A stretch of DNA of 62,457 bases from a virus (Duplodnaviria; Caudoviricetes). The position numbers and the translations under genes are program-made. The stretch is from IMG/VR virus record IMGVR_UViG_3300021468_000003, positions 1 through 62,457 of that record. One strand, 5' to 3'. A model generated the notes under the pieces. That model was given only the letters and a program-made list of their open reading frames with translations. It was not told where the DNA came from and did not search any database. Below are positions 28,310 to 38,265 of the stretch, piece by piece. The number at the start of each line of letters is the position of its first letter. Within the stretch, counting starts at the first letter, position 1.

Positions 28310-29018
28310 TTTCTTCCTCCTCTTCAAGCCTCTTCAGAAGCTTGATGATGTTTTCCGTGGTTTTCAGTTTGCTAATCAAAAGGTTGATGAGCCAAACATT
28401 TCTGTCGATCACAATTTCTCTAATGTGGCCTATGTCGTAGGCTGTTATGACCTTCAAGGAAAAGCCTGCTGAAGTGGCCTTCCTCGTGAAGTATGTGTCT
28501 TCGCCTCTGCGGATAACTCGCTCATTCTCCTGAACTTCGCATATCTGGAACCAGGGTTGCTCCACCTCGAAGAAGACCTCAGCCTTGACTGTGAGGCATC
28601 CACATCCAACGGCGGAGGCGTCAACAAGGTCTCCGAAGTCGTAATCCCTGAAGGGAGTGAGGAGCTTATCGTCGGCGTCGCCCCAGATAAGGGGGTCGTG
28701 AGGCGGATACCCTCGGTAGCACACGATCCCGCAAAGGTCGGCGCCTTTCTCCTCAATAACCTCAACCATATCCCACAGGGCGTTCTCCGGATAAACCATA
28801 TCAGCGTCAAGAAAAGCTATGTGTGTCGCCCCTCTGGAGAGGGCTGCCTCAACTTGCTTTTCCCTCTTCTCAGCTATGTCCCCGCCTCTCGGTGTGTCTA
28901 GGAGTATGATGTCTGGCCTCTTCATCGCAAACATAGATAGGTGCGTGTATGAGTGGATGTAAGGCCACGTAAGAGGTTGGGCTATAGCTAAGAGAATGTG
29001 TTCAGGCCACTCTTTCAT
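28302..29018 (-). CDS. Glycosyltransferase (GT-A / GT2-like)
   Basis: THIAFLDADM (DxD), GCGCLTVKAEVF, GEDTYF, GH. Confidence 0.8.
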   Translation of the reverse strand: MKEWPEHILLAIAQPLTWPYIHSYTHLSMFAMKRPDIILLDTPRGGDIAEKREKQVEAALSRGATHIAFLDADMVYPENALWDMVEVIEEKGADLCGIVCYRGYPPHDPLIWGDADDKLLTPFRDYDFGDLVDASAVGCGCLTVKAEVFFEVEQPWFQICEVQENERVIRRGEDTYFTRKATSAGFSLKVITAYDIGHIREIVIDRNVWLINLLISKLKTTENIIKLLKRLEEEEENG

Positions 29019-29452
29019 GGGTTGCCCCTTTCAAAAGTGTAAAGTACAGTTATTTCTATTTCAAAGAACCCGAAGCCTTGTTGTTGAAGGTGAAACCATC
29101 CTTCGTCAGTCGAAAGGCTCACAAGCGTAGTCTCTCCTTTGTAGGTGTTGTCATCTGAGTCAAGCGCCGTAATAACATCATCAATGATGTCGCAGAGCGC
29201 AGATTCTGGGTCACTGCTGTTCTGAGAATAGCCCCTGATCTTGATGTGGAGGGTCGAGTAAACGCTCCCTCCGAGGGTGTCCTCGAACTCCTCGTTCCCG
29301 CCCAAGACCATGAGGACAGGAAAATGCTCTTCTGTGTCCCAAAAAAGCATCTTCCTCTCCACACGCTGGACATCGGTGTTGTACCCATTGGCGGTGGATA
29401 TTGTTCCTAGGAGGGTCTTGTACGCTTCCAGAATTGTGTTTCTCTTGCTCAT
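29015..29452 (-). CDS. Tail terminator-like protein
   Basis: ISTANGYNTDV motif; position in the gene order. Confidence 0.7.
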   Translation of the reverse strand: MSKRNTILEAYKTLLGTISTANGYNTDVQRVERKMLFWDTEEHFPVLMVLGGNEEFEDTLGGSVYSTLHIKIRGYSQNSSDPESALCDIIDDVITALDSDDNTYKGETTLVSLSTDEGWFHLQQQGFGFFEIEITVLYTFERGNP

Positions 29453-30021
29453 AATCTCCTCCCCTCCACGCCGGCCTCAATTGCAGCTTCCCATAACTCT
29501 TGGAAGAGGCCGGAGCTAAACATATCGTCAAGTGCAGGTTGTAGGAACGGCCTGGCTTTTATCTGCATTAGCCTCATGAAAGGGCTGACCCAAACGGGAA
29601 AGGGGAACGGCGGGCCGAAGTACCCAAAGGCGTGGGTCTGCATCCTTATATGCCCCTTCACTGACTGGGCTTTCGTCAGCCCAAATTCATGGACGTTGGC
29701 ATAGGGAACTTTCGGATGCCCTCCAACACCGGAGCCAAAGTCGGCTATCAACTTTCCTCCGTAGAACCTCGCATTTGTCCTCCCTATCGAAGCTCGCAAC
29801 CTCCCACTGCGGGAGTGCAGCCTATTAGGGTCAAGCGGGATGTTCCTTGCAAACCTGCTTCCTGAGAGGCCCGCAATATACCAGTTCTTCGCTCTGTCTA
29901 CCGCAAAGTCAAGGGACTTGTTAAGCGCAACTTTCATGTTATGCCTGATGGTGCGGTTCGCAAGCCTCAGGTTCCTAATAATCTTTCTCGTTGTAAACGT
30001 CGGCTCAAGTTTTATCTTCAT
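29449..30021 (-). CDS. Neck / tail completion protein
   Basis: RSGRLRASI, YANVHEFG, ARPFLQPA. Confidence 0.75.
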   Translation of the reverse strand: MKIKLEPTFTTRKIIRNLRLANRTIRHNMKVALNKSLDFAVDRAKNWYIAGLSGSRFARNIPLDPNRLHSRSGRLRASIGRTNARFYGGKLIADFGSGVGGHPKVPYANVHEFGLTKAQSVKGHIRMQTHAFGYFGPPFPFPVWVSPFMRLMQIKARPFLQPALDDMFSSGLFQELWEAAIEAGVEGRRL

Positions 30022-30335
30022 TAGTAGCTAAACGCTGCCTCAATATGATGGAAATTTCCCTTCCTATCAAGGAATCTGTCAAACGCAATTATAGGGTAGT
30101 CTTCCCCGTCAATCTCGACAAAGCAATCCGTGAGGTCAACATCGGAGAAGAGGAAGAAGAGGCCCCGTGGCACGGAAAGTTCATTTGTTATAGATCCTAC
30201 TCGACGCTGGGCCTCGACGTCTGTTCCTTCGAGCCAAACGTCGTAGTCGCCAATCTCACTCTTCCCGAATGACCCAGAGCCTGTGCTCGTCTTCCTCTTT
30301 AAGGTTACTCTTGCGTTGGTGAAACCCACTTCCAC
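30021..30335 (-). CDS. Head closure-like protein
   Basis: Position and size. Confidence 0.55.
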   Translation of the reverse strand: MEVGFTNARVTLKRKTSTGSGSFGKSEIGDYDVWLEGTDVEAQRRVGSITNELSVPRGLFFLFSDVDLTDCFVEIDGEDYPIIAFDRFLDRKGNFHHIEAAFSY

Positions 30336-30634
30336 CTCTCCACGTCGTAGTTGTCGATGTCGTCGGGGTCGGCCGCCAAGGAGCCTGCGCCAACAACGGA
30401 GCAGTACTCCTTGTACAGCCTATCGTATTTCTCGAACTTAGCAGAGAGTTCCTCATACATCCTCCCCATGCGGTAGGTTGGGAGGAACTTTTTACGGAGG
30501 ATGTCAAAGACCTTCATTCCAGCGTACTTGACTTCGTCGTCATCATAGTTGCTGAGGATGGCAGTCTTCTCCGTCTCACTAAGCTCATCGAGGGCTTCAC
30601 TTCCAACTTCAAGAATAAGTGTCAACTCATCCAT
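30305..30634 (-). CDS. Head-tail adaptor-like protein
   Basis: Immediately follows the capsid gene; size. Confidence 0.55.
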   Translation of the reverse strand: MDELTLILEVGSEALDELSETEKTAILSNYDDDEVKYAGMKVFDILRKKFLPTYRMGRMYEELSAKFEKYDRLYKEYCSVVGAGSLAADPDDIDNYDVERWKWVSPTQE

Positions 30635-30636
30635 GA

Positions 30637-31575
30637 TTAACTCGTAAGGTTGTAAGCATAAACTCCAAGGTCAGTTGCCAACACCACAAGCTGGGACTTC
30701 ACCGATGCCTCAATGCGGAGGGCGTCGTTGAGGTGTGGCATCGGGATTCTTCTGGTGATGATGTTGTTTCCGCCACGGCCTCTGTAGGTGATGTGGTATG
30801 CTGCTGCTGGCTTGAACTTGCTTGGTCTATCAGGGACGTAGTACAGCAGCATAGAGCCGTTGACCATGTAGTCAGTACCACCGCTGTTGATGGCGTTTGC
30901 GATGTAAATCTTGTCGAGCTCAAATAGCTTAGCCAAGAGGCCGACTGTGACAACCTTGTCGTTGGTTGTCTTCATTCTGTCCATGATATGGGTGTTGCCT
31001 TTGAGGGCTCGGAAGACATCGGCAGCAATGATTGCTCTGTTGGGCGCAAACCCAGTAACTTTCTCGATTTCCTCTGCCCAGGTCATCACCTTGTCGACGG
31101 GATCGACGTCACTTACACCTGAAGTTTTCGCATCCCACTTGGACGCTGTTTCATTGTGGTCTGTCCCCCATACACCCGTTGTGAGGATGGAGTTTACCAC
31201 GTTCTGCAAGAGCACCCTTCGAAGTCGCTGCATCACAAAGTCAACTGCATCGTTCACGGGGTCGAAGGGGTTGTCGTACTCGTTTGCATCGTCTTTGGTG
31301 ATGTCATAGTGGAAGGCGAACTCTTCGAGGGTGTAGAGCTGCTTATCGACCTCGTATCCTTCCCCCACGCTCTCGGTCGCTCCGATCCTCTTATAGTCGT
31401 TCACCGTTCCAATGCGAATCCAGTCAGCCTTGTTGTACTTTGCAATGTATCCAGAGAGCTGCCTGGAGTTTACCTTCGGGAATACTTGGAAAGCGTCAAA
31501 TTCGTTATCCAACAAATATTTGTTCGCCACGTTGGAGACGAACTTTGGTCTTATCTGATCGTACCAGTGTGCCAT
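30637..31575 (-). CDS. Major capsid protein
   Basis: 312 aa; follows the protease and decoration genes; lambda-E-like C-terminal DLGVYAYN. Confidence 0.8.
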   Translation of the reverse strand: MAHWYDQIRPKFVSNVANKYLLDNEFDAFQVFPKVNSRQLSGYIAKYNKADWIRIGTVNDYKRIGATESVGEGYEVDKQLYTLEEFAFHYDITKDDANEYDNPFDPVNDAVDFVMQRLRRVLLQNVVNSILTTGVWGTDHNETASKWDAKTSGVSDVDPVDKVMTWAEEIEKVTGFAPNRAIIAADVFRALKGNTHIMDRMKTTNDKVVTVGLLAKLFELDKIYIANAINSGGTDYMVNGSMLLYYVPDRPSKFKPAAAYHITYRGRGGNNIITRRIPMPHLNDALRIEASVKSQLVVLATDLGVYAYNLTS

Positions 31576-31588
31576 TATCTACCTCCTT

Positions 31589-31939
31589 TTATCCGTACAG
31601 AAGAACTTTGATTGTGCCTGTTCCGGAAGACTTGGCTTCCTTCGCAATTGCCCTGATGATGTGGGAGCCGATTGTCGCTTTCACAAGGCGCCCATTAGCA
31701 GCTCCGGTCAGGGGGTCCTCAACAGCGATTGCTGTCGAAGCATTGACTTCAGCTTCGCACTCTCCGCTGATGATTATCTCACTTGCTTCCCCTGCTGGTC
31801 TCCCCTGGGAGACGATGCCGTAGACAAAGTCCCCAGTAGACGCAGTCAACACTCCATCAAGTCCAACTGCAAACCCTTCTTTATCCTCCAAGGAGGCAGA
31901 CGTATTTACTACGCTTGTCTTTCTTAAATTCTTCTCCAT
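31589..31939 (-). CDS. Head decoration / cement protein
   Basis: Small G/A-rich protein between protease and capsid. Confidence 0.7.
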   Translation of the reverse strand: MEKNLRKTSVVNTSASLEDKEGFAVGLDGVLTASTGDFVYGIVSQGRPAGEASEIIISGECEAEVNASTAIAVEDPLTGAANGRLVKATIGSHIIRAIAKEAKSSGTGTIKVLLYG

Positions 31940-31940
31940 A

Positions 31941-33608
31941 TTACTTCCTCCTCATTGCTCTCATTTTCTCAAGTTCGATGACAGCCTCATGGCGCTGCAA
32001 GCCGTGCTCCTCAGCGTACTTCTCGACTTCCTCGTCACTGTAGTCGTCATCCTTCGGCTCGCTTACCTCAGTAGAGCCTTTCTGTGCGCCAAGGTCGTTA
32101 ATGACAGCCTGGAGCCTTGCGATCTCGTCAGCAATGGTGTCGATGGTTTCTTGTTCAACTTTGCCAAAGAGCGGAACCAGCATCTTGGCTGCATCCTCTC
32201 CGATTTTGGCTGTCATGTCCTTCCTAAACATTGTTTTCTGAAGCTCCATGATCCTCTTCTCAGTCACAGAGAAAGCCTCTCTCTTTCCTTCCTCGACCAG
32301 CTCTTTTGCCAGGTCAGGATACTTCTCCATCAAAATTTCTTTCGTGAGCTTATCACTCATTTCTTTTCCTCCTTCATCTTCTTTGATAATGCTTTCAAAT
32401 GAACCTAGTCTGTCAATCATGCCGACAGCGAGGGCTGCACGTCCAACGAGGACACCGCCCTGTCCAAAGTTATCAAGTACATACTTCTTATCGACGCCCC
32501 TGTTTTCAGCGACGGCTTCGACGAAAACATCTGCAATTGCGTCGAGGGTCTTGCGGACTTCGTCCTTCCCTTCCTTTGTGTTGATATCCGGCCTTTTGCG
32601 TGGGGCGTTGGAGCTTACGATTTCGACTGTGTCATCTTCTCGCTTGCGGAACGTAGCAACAACGCCTATACTCCCAACGAGGGCGGTCTCATCAGCTACG
32701 ATTTCACTCGCTGCGGAGGCAAGCCAGTACGCCGCTGATGCTGCAGAACCCTCAACGTAGGCGATAATCGGCTTTTTCTCCGCTCCCTGCTTGATGATCT
32801 TCGCTAACTCGTTGATCCCAGTGACTTGCCCACCAGGGGAATCGAACTTAAGGATCACCTTTTTGACGTTTGGGTCCTCGATGGCCTTGTTGATGGACTT
32901 CGCCAGCTTCCCTGTAGAGGTTGCCCCGCTTATCTCGGTGAAGAGGTTCGCATAGCGAAAGATCGGGCCTCTCACAGGGATCACTCCTACATCATCCCTC
33001 AACTCGAACCCTCCTCCATCTTCACCAACCTTCACAGCGAGGGCTTCTGGGTCCCCATTTCTCATCACAATGTCATACATTGTTTGGAGCCACGAAGGCT
33101 CAATAAGCCAGGGATCAGCAGCCATTGCGCCGATTGCTGAGGTCTTGATTGTAGCCCTGTGAGCTTGGAGGTGGTCGATGACATGTTGGGGCGCTTTCTT
33201 TCCGCTGCGGGCGCCATTCGCTTCAGACCACGCAGCCTTCAACCCTCCAGTGTGGAGTAGAAGTTCCCCGTCAACCCATATCCCATCATCATCTTTCTTA
33301 GTCCCACCCTTGACCCAATGGTGCGGATACTTCCACGTGGACTTCTTTCCTTCTTCTCCCATATCAGCGAAAGCCTGGCGAGGGAGCGCTGTCTTATCGA
33401 CTTCGCTCCACCGAGGCTCATTGTCCGCTGTCTTGCTATTGTGTCTGAATGCCATAGTCATATCTCCTTTTCTATCCTTGAGCTGTGCATTGCAGATGGC
33501 GTAACGCTGCTTTCTATCAGGATACTCCCGCTTCATTACCTCATCTGCCATGCACCGCTTAAGGAAGTCGTCTTTTTTCTCTCCTTTCCTAGGCTTCGGA
33601 ATCGGCAC
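31941..33608 (-). CDS. S49 (SppA/ClpP-like) prohead protease with N-terminal extensions and C-terminal scaffold
   Basis: DSPGG, AASAAYWLAS, GSIGV; GTG start at 33608 after GGAGG. Confidence 0.9.
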   Translation of the reverse strand: MPIPKPRKGEKKDDFLKRCMADEVMKREYPDRKQRYAICNAQLKDRKGDMTMAFRHNSKTADNEPRWSEVDKTALPRQAFADMGEEGKKSTWKYPHHWVKGGTKKDDDGIWVDGELLLHTGGLKAAWSEANGARSGKKAPQHVIDHLQAHRATIKTSAIGAMAADPWLIEPSWLQTMYDIVMRNGDPEALAVKVGEDGGGFELRDDVGVIPVRGPIFRYANLFTEISGATSTGKLAKSINKAIEDPNVKKVILKFDSPGGQVTGINELAKIIKQGAEKKPIIAYVEGSAASAAYWLASAASEIVADETALVGSIGVVATFRKREDDTVEIVSSNAPRKRPDINTKEGKDEVRKTLDAIADVFVEAVAENRGVDKKYVLDNFGQGGVLVGRAALAVGMIDRLGSFESIIKEDEGGKEMSDKLTKEILMEKYPDLAKELVEEGKREAFSVTEKRIMELQKTMFRKDMTAKIGEDAAKMLVPLFGKVEQETIDTIADEIARLQAVINDLGAQKGSTEVSEPKDDDYSDEEVEKYAEEHGLQRHEAVIELEKMRAMRRK

Positions 33609-34866
33609 TCCACCCTCCTGCTTGCAAAAACGGTTCGATGTCCTTGATCTGATCCTCATCATCCTCATAAGGGAGGTCAGCAATTGCTAGGAGAGCTTTC
33701 TCCATCGGGACAGTTGGGGTAATCACGCCGGTTTTGACGAGTCGAGCGACGAAAGATGCAAGATCTGCAAGGTCTGCGACGTTGGTTGAGGAGAAGCTGA
33801 TTTGTGGCGGGGTGATGTTGTTGTATTCGCAGATTTTAGCGATGATCTGGTTGTTTATGGTTTCCTCAATAGACCTGATGTACGCATCGCAGGCGGAAAG
33901 GAAAACTCGAATCATGGCTTCGATGTTCCCCTTGGAGGTGAGGGAGGAGGCACCTCCAGCGAGAAAGCTCTCTAGCAATCCTGCTGCCATTTCTGAGTTG
34001 TAGCGCTGGATAATGTCTGTTGTATTTATTGACGAAGTCCCGTCACTCCGCACGAGAGAGAATTGCCACCCTGCTGGGATGACGAGACCCTGTTGATTGT
34101 CTTTCCGGACGTTGCCGACTACGTCCACCGCCCAGTCAAGTGTAGCAGCAACGGCCGGATCGTAGTGAGGGGAGGACTCATCAGCCGCAGTAAAGTCGAA
34201 CCCCTCGGGGGCCTGGAGGAGAGGGAGGCCAGTTAGGTCTCTGTCAACTCCTGTAGCCTCGGCGGCTTCACAGGAGATTTTGTAGTAGTAAGGCTTGTAT
34301 AGGTGCCTGAGGAGGCTGATCCCATAGGGGGAGCGCCCCTCCTTGAGGAAGATGTGATGCACACATTTTTTGTACGGAATTTCGTGAGTGCCATCCGTTG
34401 CCTGCTGTACGACCTTGCCTTTGGAGTTGTTGATGGCGCTGATCGTGGGCTGGTGCAGGGGAATGACATCTTTTAGGATGACCTTCCCGTCCTCGACCGT
34501 CCAGACCCTTTCGCCGATGTAGAACCCGTAGGTGAAGGCTGAGGTGATGTCTTCGATGAGGCCCGTGATCCCCCCAGGGAGGGCCTCAAGCTGGGGGAGG
34601 ATGAAATCAACGTTCTCGCCGTCAATGTCAATAGCGACCCGCTTTATAACATTCTTGATTGAGAGTATGAGCCCTCCGACAATGGGCTCGTTTCTCTCCA
34701 TAACTCGAAACTTGTCGAGGCCATCGGGTGGAGAGAGGTCGTCCATGAACTCAAGATCAGGGAGACCAGATTGTTGCTCGTCATAGCCAGGCGACCCGTA
34801 GATGCGGCGGGATACGTTCTTGTCTTTGGATGTTGTCTTGCGACTGAAGATTTTTAGAAGTTTCAT
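33589..34866 (-). CDS. Portal protein (DUF935/Mu gp29-like)
   Basis: Follows terminase; PYGISLLRHLY, DRDLTGLP. Confidence 0.82.
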   Translation of the reverse strand: MKLLKIFSRKTTSKDKNVSRRIYGSPGYDEQQSGLPDLEFMDDLSPPDGLDKFRVMERNEPIVGGLILSIKNVIKRVAIDIDGENVDFILPQLEALPGGITGLIEDITSAFTYGFYIGERVWTVEDGKVILKDVIPLHQPTISAINNSKGKVVQQATDGTHEIPYKKCVHHIFLKEGRSPYGISLLRHLYKPYYYKISCEAAEATGVDRDLTGLPLLQAPEGFDFTAADESSPHYDPAVAATLDWAVDVVGNVRKDNQQGLVIPAGWQFSLVRSDGTSSINTTDIIQRYNSEMAAGLLESFLAGGASSLTSKGNIEAMIRVFLSACDAYIRSIEETINNQIIAKICEYNNITPPQISFSSTNVADLADLASFVARLVKTGVITPTVPMEKALLAIADLPYEDDEDQIKDIEPFLQAGGWSADSEA

Positions 34867-34879
34867 GCTCCCCTTTTTG

Positions 34880-34905
34880 AGCAATTTGTCGGCGTGCAAA
34901 TTGCT
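34880..34905. promoter_or_regulatory. 26-bp palindromic motif, copy 4 (perfect arms)
   Basis: AGCAATTTG-tcggcgtg-CAAATTGCT just upstream of the portal RBS. Confidence 0.65.
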
Positions 34906-34975
34906 CACCAATGAAAGATTTTATAGGTCTACTGGGAGCATACATAAAAATGGAGGGGTTGTCAAGGCTTTTATT

Positions 34976-37498
34976 TTACACGATAAATTTCCGGTATTTC
35001 CCAAACTTGTGGCTTCGTTTCTTGGTGTGGAGTCTACGAAAAATGGACACAGCCTTGGCAGGGACGTTCCTACAAGCTGTGAGAGCGAGGAAGTTCTCAA
35101 CAGCCTCCGTCATCATCATGGCGTCGGCATAATCGGGGGAGAAACCTAGGCGGGCTTTGAATGCGATTTTGTCCTCCATCGCTATTGGGCCTTTTGAATA
35201 GTCAAAGCGAAGGTTCGCAAGCTCTTTCTTCAGCCTCTCCGGAGGGTCAACGGGGAAGTTGTAGGTGGGGAAGTTCTTATGGAGCTTATAGTAGTTCTCC
35301 GCTCGTTTGTCCTTGTACATGAGCTGATGATGGGCTTTTTCAGGCCCTACAAAGCCGAGGACAGGGAAGCGGTTGAGCTTCGCCAGGTTCGAGTAGGTAC
35401 CTGCGCCAAGCCCGTGGGCGTCAATGACTGCACAAAACGGACGGTTGATATACATGGTTCTCCAGATTCTCTCAACTTCATCAGCAACGAAGGTGGGGTC
35501 AGTCTTATAAAACTCATCCCACCGAACAAAAGAGTTGCCTATGCGGTGACAGAAGACACAGACGTCCGGCCCTCCTCCGGCAACGTCCACACTGAGGATA
35601 ACTGGGCCCTCTGTCATGGAGCGCTGAGTTGCTACGACTTTGTCGTAGACCTCTGGAGCCACAACGACGCTCTCATTGACGTCAATTGGCAGCCCCAAGA
35701 CCTTCGCCCTGTACATCGGAGAGTCTTTGCCGTAAATGTGGATAATTGTTTGGATGAACTCCTCATCGACGAGTGGGGAGTCCATGACGTTGTAGAAGAG
35801 AACCTTGAAGTCCTTTCCTTTCCCTTCAGGGTCGGAAATGACATCGTAGTAGAACCCTCCGGTGGAGACGGGGTTGGAGATGAGGAGGATGTAGGAGTTC
35901 TTATCGGTCATTGTGCCCACGAGGGCGGTGAAGACGGGATCAGGCACACCACTGTTGCCTGTCCAGTAGGCAACTCCGTTCCGTCGCACATAGATAGTAT
36001 GATGAGGTTCAGTTGAAACGCACCAAATTCTTCCTTTATAATGAATTGGTTTTATGTTGTGTTGCCTCACTTTAAAATCAGTAGAGGAGTTTGAAACTAT
36101 TGACACTACATAGTCATTATCTGAAGTTGTAGCAAAATGGTCTTTGATGAATTTTACTTGTCCTTTAATATTTCTTCTCGTTATTGTTGAGTACAGTCCG
36201 CACTTGATTGCCACTTCTTGAATATCGTCAGCAAGTTGTTTTGACATAGTATATATTATATGTCTGTTTTCAGTTTGAGTGTAACCGTCGCCTTTTATCA
36301 ATGCTGCTAGCAACATAAACAAGTATTTTTTATCAAGATTCTTTACGTATAATGGGATTTGTTTGTTTTTCGCTCCTTTTCCACAAGCAAGCAACTCGTT
36401 GTATAGTTGACTACAGTAAATTTTGATGTCGTTGTTGTGGATAGAGTACTTGTATCCTAGCCTATCTAACAGATTGCAAATAGCAGTTCTGCCTTGTTCA
36501 TCTGCTTGTGTTATTCCCACGTATCTATCTTGGATCAAGTAGCCCTCAGAGATATACCAACCAAGCAATTGGCACCAATCACTCAACTCTACAGGTTTTG
36601 GCGGATAGTATTTTCTTGGAGTTCTGTATTCCTTGAGTATGTACAGTTTCTCGTCTTTCCCTTTAAAATTGACTGTTTTAGGAATAAGCCAAGGAGTCTT
36701 CTTTGAGATGTCAAACTCACACATTTCTTGTATTCTGATTCCTGTGTTTCGCTTGGCTCTAGTATTACGTCTTCTGAAGACGACATTGTGGTGAGGAGAA
36801 AACATGAAACTCATGGTTCTGGACTTGTAATAGTACATGAGACCATCGTAATCTTCGTATTTGAAGATTCCTGTGATTGGCTTGTATTCAGCTTCCTCAG
36901 TTAGTGGATCCATTGTGAGGACTTTATGGTAAGTTTGGATTGAGTCAATTGTTTGCCAACCGTAGTCAGTAAGTATCTCAGTTTTATCGTCGAAGCAAGC
37001 CTCGTCCACCTCAATGAGGATTGAGGGAGCATGGAAGCCCGCAAGAGTATCATTGAGTTCCCTCTTATCCTTGCTAACTGTCCTCGCAGTTGCATACCAC
37101 TCACGGAAGCCCTCGACGTACAGCCTCCCCTTCACACGCTTGAACAACTTCGCAAGCCGGCACCTCTTCAACCAGGTGTCGATCTCCGACCAAAGGACGT
37201 CATTCAGCTGTTTTGCTGTGGGAGCGGTCGTGGGGACTTTTGCGAAGGGATGCGTAGTGAGGAACCAGAGGATGAGGATGGCGGAGACTGCGGTCTTTCC
37301 TATTCCACCACCTGCTGAGACGCATACATACCTGTTTTTAACGAGATGATGGGCAATCTCCTCCTGTTGCCAGGTCAACCCTGAGAGTTTGAGGCCCTCG
37401 AAGGAGATGTATCTGTTTGCCCAGCCGACGGGGTCATCCCTGTACTGCTGTGAAATCTCATTTACTATCTTTAACGTCTTTCTTTGTTTTTGATTCAC
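34976..37498 (-). CDS. terL: Terminase large subunit containing an intein
   Basis: AGGGIGKT Walker A, EVDEA Walker B, ISNP, SVDVAGGG nuclease motif, SPDYADA. Confidence 0.93.
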   Translation of the reverse strand: MNQKQRKTLKIVNEISQQYRDDPVGWANRYISFEGLKLSGLTWQQEEIAHHLVKNRYVCVSAGGGIGKTAVSAILILWFLTTHPFAKVPTTAPTAKQLNDVLWSEIDTWLKRCRLAKLFKRVKGRLYVEGFREWYATARTVSKDKRELNDTLAGFHAPSILIEVDEACFDDKTEILTDYGWQTIDSIQTYHKVLTMDPLTEEAEYKPITGIFKYEDYDGLMYYYKSRTMSFMFSPHHNVVFRRRNTRAKRNTGIRIQEMCEFDISKKTPWLIPKTVNFKGKDEKLYILKEYRTPRKYYPPKPVELSDWCQLLGWYISEGYLIQDRYVGITQADEQGRTAICNLLDRLGYKYSIHNNDIKIYCSQLYNELLACGKGAKNKQIPLYVKNLDKKYLFMLLAALIKGDGYTQTENRHIIYTMSKQLADDIQEVAIKCGLYSTITRRNIKGQVKFIKDHFATTSDNDYVVSIVSNSSTDFKVRQHNIKPIHYKGRIWCVSTEPHHTIYVRRNGVAYWTGNSGVPDPVFTALVGTMTDKNSYILLISNPVSTGGFYYDVISDPEGKGKDFKVLFYNVMDSPLVDEEFIQTIIHIYGKDSPMYRAKVLGLPIDVNESVVVAPEVYDKVVATQRSMTEGPVILSVDVAGGGPDVCVFCHRIGNSFVRWDEFYKTDPTFVADEVERIWRTMYINRPFCAVIDAHGLGAGTYSNLAKLNRFPVLGFVGPEKAHHQLMYKDKRAENYYKLHKNFPTYNFPVDPPERLKKELANLRFDYSKGPIAMEDKIAFKARLGFSPDYADAMMMTEAVENFLALTACRNVPAKAVSIFRRLHTKKRSHKFGKYRKFIV
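35954..36997 (-). mobile_element. Intein with LAGLIDADG homing endonuclease (348 aa)
   Basis: Begins CFDDKTEILT right after DEA; ends YWTGN before Ser; LGWYISEG and LIKGDG blocks; AT-rich insert. Confidence 0.93.
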
Positions 37499-37898
37499 TC
37501 GTTACCTCTCGCCACAGCTTATCCAAGTCATCTTCCTCTTCCTCTTTTCTCCCCTCTTTCAGCAGCTTCAGGTCAAATTGGAGGATGCCGAGGGCAGCCT
37601 TGAGGGCGGATGTTTCGTCGTCAGCTGTATCTACAGTAGCTGATAGGCGGTTGAGGGCTTTCCTGATTCTTGCTTTCGACGCCATCCGCTGCTCCTCCTC
37701 AAATTCGACGTCAACGGCTTCACTGATTTGCTTCCTTGCTTCAGGAAACTCCCGCATGAGCCTTGCGAAGGAGCCAGGCTCGAGGTCAAGTTCATCCTCA
37801 ATGGAGAGGAAATCGCCGAAGCGAAGATAAAACTGAGCGATCTTCTTCAAGAAGTTTTCATCGTTTTGTATGGCGTCAACAAACTCGTTGTAGTCCAT
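37458..37898 (-). CDS. Putative terminase small subunit
   Basis: Helical protein directly upstream of terL; ATG 37898 after GGAGG. Confidence 0.6.
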   Translation of the reverse strand: MDYNEFVDAIQNDENFLKKIAQFYLRFGDFLSIEDELDLEPGSFARLMREFPEARKQISEAVDVEFEEEQRMASKARIRKALNRLSATVDTADDETSALKAALGILQFDLKLLKEGRKEEEEDDLDKLWREVTSESKTKKDVKDSK

Positions 37899-38265
37899 TT
37901 GCAGCCTCCGAAAGCAGGAAGTCCATGATGGTTTTTGCAGGCACGACAGGCGCTGAGGGGTGGATCTCCTTCCAAAGGTCTTTCTCCAAAGCAAAAACCC
38001 TGTGCTGCATTCCTGTGAGAATGGGGGAGTAGCAAAAGACCTCGCAGTCCTCCATAAAAGGACGGTGGATGTTCTCAACCCACCACTCAGCAGTCTTTGG
38101 CAATCTGGGATCTCTCTTCATGTCTACGAACCACGCAGCGGGGGCAACTGGGATGGCGCCTGCGACAAGCACCCTCCTGCAGATGAGTTCAATTTCATCA
38201 AGTGAGCGGAGCTTCGCCCTGGGATTCGTAGTGTTGATCTGTCCGCTCACGTACACTTTTATCAT
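37876..38265 (-). CDS. DUF4406 / nucleoside deoxyribosyltransferase-like protein
   Basis: KVYVSG...P..P...MEDCEV pattern. Confidence 0.5.
   Translation of the reverse strand: MIKVYVSGQINTTNPRAKLRSLDEIELICRRVLVAGAIPVAPAAWFVDMKRDPRLPKTAEWWVENIHRPFMEDCEVFCYSPILTGMQHRVFALEKDLWKEIHPSAPVVPAKTIMDFLLSEAANGLQRVC

Noticed and set aside
34880-34905. Sigma54 promoter explanation for the palindrome
   Set aside because: GG-N10-GC fits only this copy, in the antisense direction; the other copies lack the -24 GG
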